The notes under the pieces are model-generated. The model was not told the origin of the DNA, ran no database searches, and saw only the letters and a list, made by a program, of their open reading frames with translations. From a virus (taxonomy: Duplodnaviria; Heunggongvirae; Uroviricota; Caudoviricetes), in IMG/VR virus record IMGVR_UViG_2537561991_000019, positions 1 to 42,125 of that record: a stretch of 42,125 nt of DNA; one strand, 5' to 3'. A program made the translations under genes and the position numbers. Below, piece by piece: positions 37,678 to 42,125 of this stretch (the first letter of the stretch is position 1; the number at the start of each line of letters is the position of its first letter).

Positions 37678-38546
37678 CTCATGTAGTTAGTTTTTCTGGC
37701 GGGAGAACATCTGCATATCTTGTTCACCTGATGGAAGAACAAAGAAAGACTGGAAATAACGTCTGCTACATCTTTATGGATACCGGTTGCGAACATCCGC
37801 TGACATACCGCTTTATTCGGGAGGTTGTGAAGTTCTGGGGCATACCGCTAACTGTGTTGCAGGTCGATATAAATCCAGAGCTTGGGCAGCCAAATGGTTA
37901 TACGGAATGGGAACCAAAGGATATTCAGACACGAATGCCGGTGCTTAAACCGTTTATGGACATGGTAAAAAAATATGGCACGCCATACATCGGCGGCGCG
38001 TTCTGCACTGACAGATTAAAACTCACCCCCTTCACAAAATACTGCGATGACCATTTCGGACGAGGGAATTACATCACATGGCTGGGTATTCGTGCAGACG
38101 AACCTCGTAGGCTGAAACCGAAATCGGGCGTCCGGTATCTTGCCGAGCTATCTGATTTTGATAAGTCGGATGTTATCCGGTGGTGGCATAAACAACCTTT
38201 TGATTTGCAAATCCCGGAGCACCTCGGGAACTGTGTTTTCTGCATCAAAAAGTCCACGCAAAAGCTGGGGCTTGCATGTAAAGACGAACCTGGTCTGATG
38301 CGAGTTTTTAATGAGCTGGTTACAGGTAAACACGTCCGGGATGGTCACCGAAAGACAAATAAAGACGTTATGTACCGTGGTCATCTGAGCCTTGACGGGA
38401 TTGCCAGAATGTATGCCGACAGCGACTACAGAAATTTGTATCAGGCGATGGTGCAAGCCAGGCGATTCGATACCGGCTCGTGTTCAGAGTCATGTGAAAT
38501 CTGGGGTGATCAATTGGAATTGAAATTCGAAGAGGTGGTGGCATGA
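37668..38546 (+). CDS. PAPS-reductase-like / PP-loop ATP pyrophosphatase family protein
   Basis: N-terminal SFSGGRTS PP-loop-like motif; overlaps the end of the yfdR-like gene. Confidence 0.6.
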   Translation: MCITHVVSFSGGRTSAYLVHLMEEQRKTGNNVCYIFMDTGCEHPLTYRFIREVVKFWGIPLTVLQVDINPELGQPNGYTEWEPKDIQTRMPVLKPFMDMVKKYGTPYIGGAFCTDRLKLTPFTKYCDDHFGRGNYITWLGIRADEPRRLKPKSGVRYLAELSDFDKSDVIRWWHKQPFDLQIPEHLGNCVFCIKKSTQKLGLACKDEPGLMRVFNELVTGKHVRDGHRKTNKDVMYRGHLSLDGIARMYADSDYRNLYQAMVQARRFDTGSCSESCEIWGDQLELKFEEVVA

Positions 38547-38746
38547 CAATCGTAAAAACCCATACCGGCATTGTGATCACCAAAGACGGCCCGCAGGTAA
38601 AAAAACTTCACCAGACAGAGCGGATGTGGGTCGTCGGCAAAAACGAGTTTTACCACAAAGAAACCGGACGCCGCCACTTTGCAGAAAATACGCGCCGCCG
38701 ACTACTGATCGACACCATCAAGCCTATCGAGGTGAAGCATGTTTAA
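38543..38746 (+). CDS. Small hypothetical protein
   Basis: 67-aa ORF overlapping the stops and starts of its neighbours in an operon-like arrangement. Confidence 0.35.
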   Translation: MTIVKTHTGIVITKDGPQVKKLHQTERMWVVGKNEFYHKETGRRHFAENTRRRLLIDTIKPIEVKHV

Positions 38747-38978
38747 ACAGAACGAAAAATCTATCGCTCAAATTGCTGAGTATATCCCGCGTGCGTGCCG
38801 GGGTATGCAGTTGCAGGAAGCCAAAGCACGCCTGGAGAAAAAAATTGCGCTCTATATCGATGACGGCTGTGATGCTGCCGTTCTTAACGCGGCGTTCGCG
38901 CCAGCTCTTAACAGTCATACGCGAGAGTCTTTTTTTTCGTGCATCGCTGCGCAGATCCGTAAAGGAGGCAACCAGTGA
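38739..38978 (+). CDS. Small hypothetical protein
   Basis: 79-aa ORF, translationally coupled to neighbours. Confidence 0.35.
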   Translation: MFKQNEKSIAQIAEYIPRACRGMQLQEAKARLEKKIALYIDDGCDAAVLNAAFAPALNSHTRESFFSCIAAQIRKGGNQ

Positions 38979-39373
38979 GCAAGATTGACTATCAGGCACT
39001 GCGTGAGGCGGCGGAACGTGCAATTCAAGCAATGGAACGCCTGTTAATGTTGCCAGCTGCTGATGATTTGTTAAGTGAACAGGAACTTAAAGATTACGGT
39101 GTGGATATTGATGTGCTCAACGCCTTCAAATTTCTGACCGGACCAGAAACCGTGCTGGCGCTGCTGGATGAACTAGAAGCTAAAAACAAACGCATTACAG
39201 AACTGGAAGCGAGGGAAGTTCAATTACCGACTCGCTACGACCTTCGATATGGGCACCCAATAAATGCTGATAAGCGACATGTCATGATACCTAAAGAAAA
39301 TGGCAGTTGGCTTTGCCTGATTGACTTAGAACACGCACTACGCGTCGCTGGCATTCGCATCAAAGGAGAGTGA
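38975..39373 (+). CDS. Hypothetical protein (possibly Ead/Ea22-like)
   Basis: 132-aa ORF with coiled-coil-like middle; family assignment uncertain. Confidence 0.35.
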   Translation: MSKIDYQALREAAERAIQAMERLLMLPAADDLLSEQELKDYGVDIDVLNAFKFLTGPETVLALLDELEAKNKRITELEAREVQLPTRYDLRYGHPINADKRHVMIPKENGSWLCLIDLEHALRVAGIRIKGE

Positions 39374-39374
39374 T

Positions 39375-39638
39375 ATGGCAACTTTGACAAAAAAGGAACA
39401 GGCATGGTTGAGCGAATTACAGAACGTTCTTGATCGCTGCCCGTCACCGAAAAAAATTGGTTTTTACACCATTGGCGATAAAAGCATTTACCTGTATGAC
39501 CTACGCCGCATGGATGAAATCATGGAGGCTCTTGATGATCGTTCGTCAATGGATTGGTGTGTTGCTGTCCATGATATGAATGCCGGATTTAAAGAAAAGA
39601 TTTTGTTCCCCTCGTCAGTTGAAAGCACTGCGGGTTAA
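39375..39638 (+). CDS. Small hypothetical protein
   Basis: 87-aa ORF in the same operon. Confidence 0.35.
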   Translation: MATLTKKEQAWLSELQNVLDRCPSPKKIGFYTIGDKSIYLYDLRRMDEIMEALDDRSSMDWCVAVHDMNAGFKEKILFPSSVESTAG

Positions 39639-39648
39639 GGAGTAACAC

Positions 39649-40227
39649 ATGACCACTATTACCAAAGAACGTATTGAATTGTTCATTAAAAATCCGCTTG
39701 GAAACGGACTTACCCGTGGCGAACAAATGGAACTGGCACGAATTGCACTGGCATCACTGGCAGCAGTATCGGATGAACGAGCAGCCTATGAATTATTTAT
39801 GGAGAAGCGTTTCGGGGAATCTGTAGATCGCCGCAGGGCGAAAAATGGCGATAGAGAATACATGGCATGGGATATGGCGCTTGGCTGGATTATCTGGTGT
39901 CACCGCGCCGCCATGCTTCAGGCTGGAAACTTTCGGGAAAATAAGGATTCGTCAACCAATAATTTTCGGGAAACCTCGGAAACGTCAACCAACTCTCCGG
40001 TAACTCCGGATAGTTGGATAAGCTGTAGTGAGCGAATGCCTGAGAAGAATCAGAACGTGCTCATTTCGGTGAATTTCGATAGCTCTCTGGTTGAACCGCT
40101 AATATGCTCCGCACGCTATACCGGAAGCACTTTTCGGCGCGGAGATGCAACGATTAAGTCGGGTAATGGTATTGAGCAAGCAACTCACTGGATGCCGCTA
40201 CCGGAACCGCCGCAGGAGGTGAAGTGA
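39649..40227 (+). CDS. Hypothetical protein with C-terminal DUF551-like region
   Basis: 192 aa; C-terminal ...WISCSERMPEKNQNVLIS...HWMPLPEPP... recalls DUF551 prophage proteins. Confidence 0.45.
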   Translation: MTTITKERIELFIKNPLGNGLTRGEQMELARIALASLAAVSDERAAYELFMEKRFGESVDRRRAKNGDREYMAWDMALGWIIWCHRAAMLQAGNFRENKDSSTNNFRETSETSTNSPVTPDSWISCSERMPEKNQNVLISVNFDSSLVEPLICSARYTGSTFRRGDATIKSGNGIEQATHWMPLPEPPQEVK

Positions 40228-40799
40228 TGAACAACTTAATGATCGACCTTGAGACGATGGGGAAAAATAAGGATGCGCCGATCGTTTCTATTGGCGCGGT
40301 GTTCTTCACTCCAGAAACCGGAGACATCGGACAAGAATTCTATGCGGTTGTCAGCCTGGACAGTGCTATGAAGCAAGGAGCTACACCTGACGGCGATACC
40401 ATCCTGTGGTGGTTGAAACAAAGCCCTGAAGCGCGAGCTGCAATCTGTATTGATGATACTTTGTCGATCAGCGATGCTCTCTCAGAACTAAACCATTTCA
40501 TTAACCGGCACGCAGACAATACGAAATATTTAAAAGTCTGGGGTAACGGGGCCACCTTCGACAACGTAATTTTACGTGGAGCTTATGAGCGAGCAGGACA
40601 AATCTGCCCGTGGGCGTACTGGAATGACCACGATGTACGCACGATCGTTACGCTTGGGCGTTCCATCGGATTCGACCCCAAAATGGACATGCCTTTCGAT
40701 GGCGAACGGCACAACGCCCTGGCTGATGCCCGTCATCAGGCAAAATATGTTTCCGCTATCTGGCAGAAATTAATTCCTGCCACCAGCACAGAATTATGA
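40224..40799 (+). CDS. DEDDh-type 3'-5' exonuclease
   Basis: IDLETMG (Exo I-like D-x-E) near the N-terminus and ...GERHNALADA... (Exo III-like H/D) near the C-terminus. Confidence 0.65.
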   Translation: MMNNLMIDLETMGKNKDAPIVSIGAVFFTPETGDIGQEFYAVVSLDSAMKQGATPDGDTILWWLKQSPEARAAICIDDTLSISDALSELNHFINRHADNTKYLKVWGNGATFDNVILRGAYERAGQICPWAYWNDHDVRTIVTLGRSIGFDPKMDMPFDGERHNALADARHQAKYVSAIWQKLIPATSTEL

Positions 40800-40808
40800 T
40801 TTTCCCGG

Positions 40809-41108
40809 GTGCAGCCGGTTTTGATGGAGAAAATTATGAACACCTTGTTTTTACTGATGGCTGAATTCAATACCCCAAACATTGAGCTGTCAGCTGTATG
40901 CCAAAAGTATTTCGGTATGAGCCCTAACACAGCAGAAGCGAAAGCAAATGCATGCCAGTTGCCGATCCCGACTTATCGTGTTGGTACATCACAGAAAGCA
41001 AAGCGCTGCATCAACATTCAGGATCTTGCTGAATATATAGATAAACGGCGTGAAGAAGGCAGAATTGAATGGGAGAGGGTAAGAACAAATAGGAAAATAA
41101 ATAACTAA
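40809..41108 (+). CDS. PrtN-like phage transcriptional activator / excisionase-like DNA-binding protein
   Basis: ...MNTLFLLMAEF...INIQDLAEYIDKRREEGR... resembles the PrtN (pyocin activator) family; last gene of the plus-strand operon. Start Met uncertain. Confidence 0.45.
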   Translation: MQPVLMEKIMNTLFLLMAEFNTPNIELSAVCQKYFGMSPNTAEAKANACQLPIPTYRVGTSQKAKRCINIQDLAEYIDKRREEGRIEWERVRTNRKINN

Positions 41109-41112
41109 TCTC

Positions 41113-41143
41113 ACAAAAAACCCGCTTCGGCGGGTTAGTTTTC
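41113..41143. terminator. Bidirectional intrinsic terminator between the convergent operons
   Basis: CCCGC-TTCG-GCGGG flanked by AAAAAA on one side and TTAGTTTTC on the other; sits between the plus-strand gene ending at 41108 and the minus-strand gene ending at 41135. Confidence 0.6.
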
Positions 41144-41569
41144 ATCTTTATAATTCTGGGCAATTCGCGCCAGATAGCTCATCACATCATGTTTTCTTGC
41201 TTTTTCATGTGCATCGGGATACATAATAGCAATGAGTGAATATTTATTCTCATAAAGCTCACCTTGGACATACACAAGACAAGCATCATTATCAGGATCA
41301 CCTTTCTTGCAGACCCTATCCGGTTGTGGAAGTTTCTCGGGAAACTTGTTTGGCGGTAGACAAAGATGGATATGCATCAACCCAGCCCGAAAAGCACCAT
41401 AAGGCTGAGTATACGCAACGTCCCTACCGAAATAATGCGGAAGCTCACCGGTTGCTTTGTATCTCTTGAAATCATCAATGATAGAAGACTCTAGCTCCGG
41501 GAATTTGAGAAAAACTTCATCAAAAAATTCAGCTCTAGTTTCTGGATTAATAGAGACTTCTAGATGCAT
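41135..41569 (-). CDS. Hypothetical protein, possibly a YafO-family toxin
   Basis: 144 aa; several motifs (...HYFGRD...HIHL...LVYVQG...SLIAIMYPDAHEKAR...) resemble my recollection of YafO-family mRNA interferases; AT-rich locus. Memory-based and unverified. Confidence 0.3.
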   Translation of the reverse strand: MHLEVSINPETRAEFFDEVFLKFPELESSIIDDFKRYKATGELPHYFGRDVAYTQPYGAFRAGLMHIHLCLPPNKFPEKLPQPDRVCKKGDPDNDACLVYVQGELYENKYSLIAIMYPDAHEKARKHDVMSYLARIAQNYKDEN

Positions 41570-41585
41570 GGTCGTCCGCTATCGG

Positions 41586-42125
41586 TTAGTGAAATTGCAT
41601 CGATTTTAGCTTATTTGATGTGTGACTAGCTAGTGCTGCAATTCCAGCAAGATCCGCGCGCCCGCTAAAAGTAACAGTTTCTTTAAATATGCTCTTTATG
41701 TAATTGTTAAGGCGAGTGACAGATGAGCGAGCTTTAGCAATATGACGCCAGTAAACCTTCAGTTCTGACCTGATAAATTCAGGCAGAGGCGATTCAATTG
41801 TACGCTTCACTTCTTCTTCAAAAGCACGCAGGAACATTTCGCATGCCTCTGTCGTATCTGTCCCGTTTTTGGAAACAAACTCGCGAGCATCTTGGCTATT
41901 AAGATCAATCAAACAGATATAGTAGTCATCTGCTGCAATTGTTAACTTTTGCAAGATCTCCTTACCCTCTTCCATTTTGCGTGAGAATTCCTCAACAGAA
42001 GGAGAGTACTCAAAAGGTTTAGCAATCACAGGGGCTGGCTGGATGATGAACTCCTGCGCCATAGCAGCAGGACAAGCCAGAGGCCCGCACAATGCAGCAA
42101 AAGTAATGGCGTTAAACGGATTCAT
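41586..42125 (-). CDS. Hypothetical protein with signal-peptide-like N-terminus, upstream partner of the possible toxin gene
   Basis: 179-aa ORF whose first codon is at the very edge of the window (may extend beyond); 17 nt upstream of the YafO-like ORF. Confidence 0.4.
   Translation of the reverse strand: MNPFNAITFAALCGPLACPAAMAQEFIIQPAPVIAKPFEYSPSVEEFSRKMEEGKEILQKLTIAADDYYICLIDLNSQDAREFVSKNGTDTTEACEMFLRAFEEEVKRTIESPLPEFIRSELKVYWRHIAKARSSVTRLNNYIKSIFKETVTFSGRADLAGIAALASHTSNKLKSMQFH

Noticed and set aside
1-42125. CRISPR array, integrase or attachment site
   Set aside because: No regularly spaced direct repeats with unique spacers were seen, and no tyrosine or serine recombinase-like ORF is present; the prophage ends and integration module must lie outside this window.

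Overview
The window is almost entirely one lambda-like (lambdoid) enterobacterial prophage, lying in inverted orientation relative to the standard lambda map, so most lytic genes are on the minus strand. From left to right: the start of side tail fibre stf (runs off the left edge), lom, the complete lambda-type tail module (J, I, K, L, M, H, G/GT, V, U, Z), head genes with a ClpP-protease/major-capsid fusion, portal, W, large and small terminase, a predicted cos site, an Rz/Rz1/R/holin lysis cassette, a cargo region between Q and the holin (uncharacterised protein, small ORF, DNA methyltransferase), Q antiterminator, a nin-like region (DUF968, RusA, LexA-DNA-binding-domain-only protein, Dam-family methyltransferase), an O-like replication initiator with internal iterons, an IS66-family element inserted with an 8-bp target duplication into a Rha-domain gene, the cro/cI immunity switch with three palindromic operators, and a plus-strand early-left accessory operon (yfdP/yfdQ/yfdR-like genes, PAPS-reductase-like protein, DEDDh exonuclease, PrtN-like regulator). 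The right edge carries a convergent two-gene cassette with a possible YafO-like toxin. No integrase, att site, tRNA, rRNA or CRISPR array was found. All identifications are by eye against remembered protein families; none was checked by database search. The most promising candidates for an undescribed function are the Q-to-holin cargo gene, the LexA-DBD-only protein, the yfdQ/yfdR/PAPS-reductase-like cluster and the right-edge cassette.
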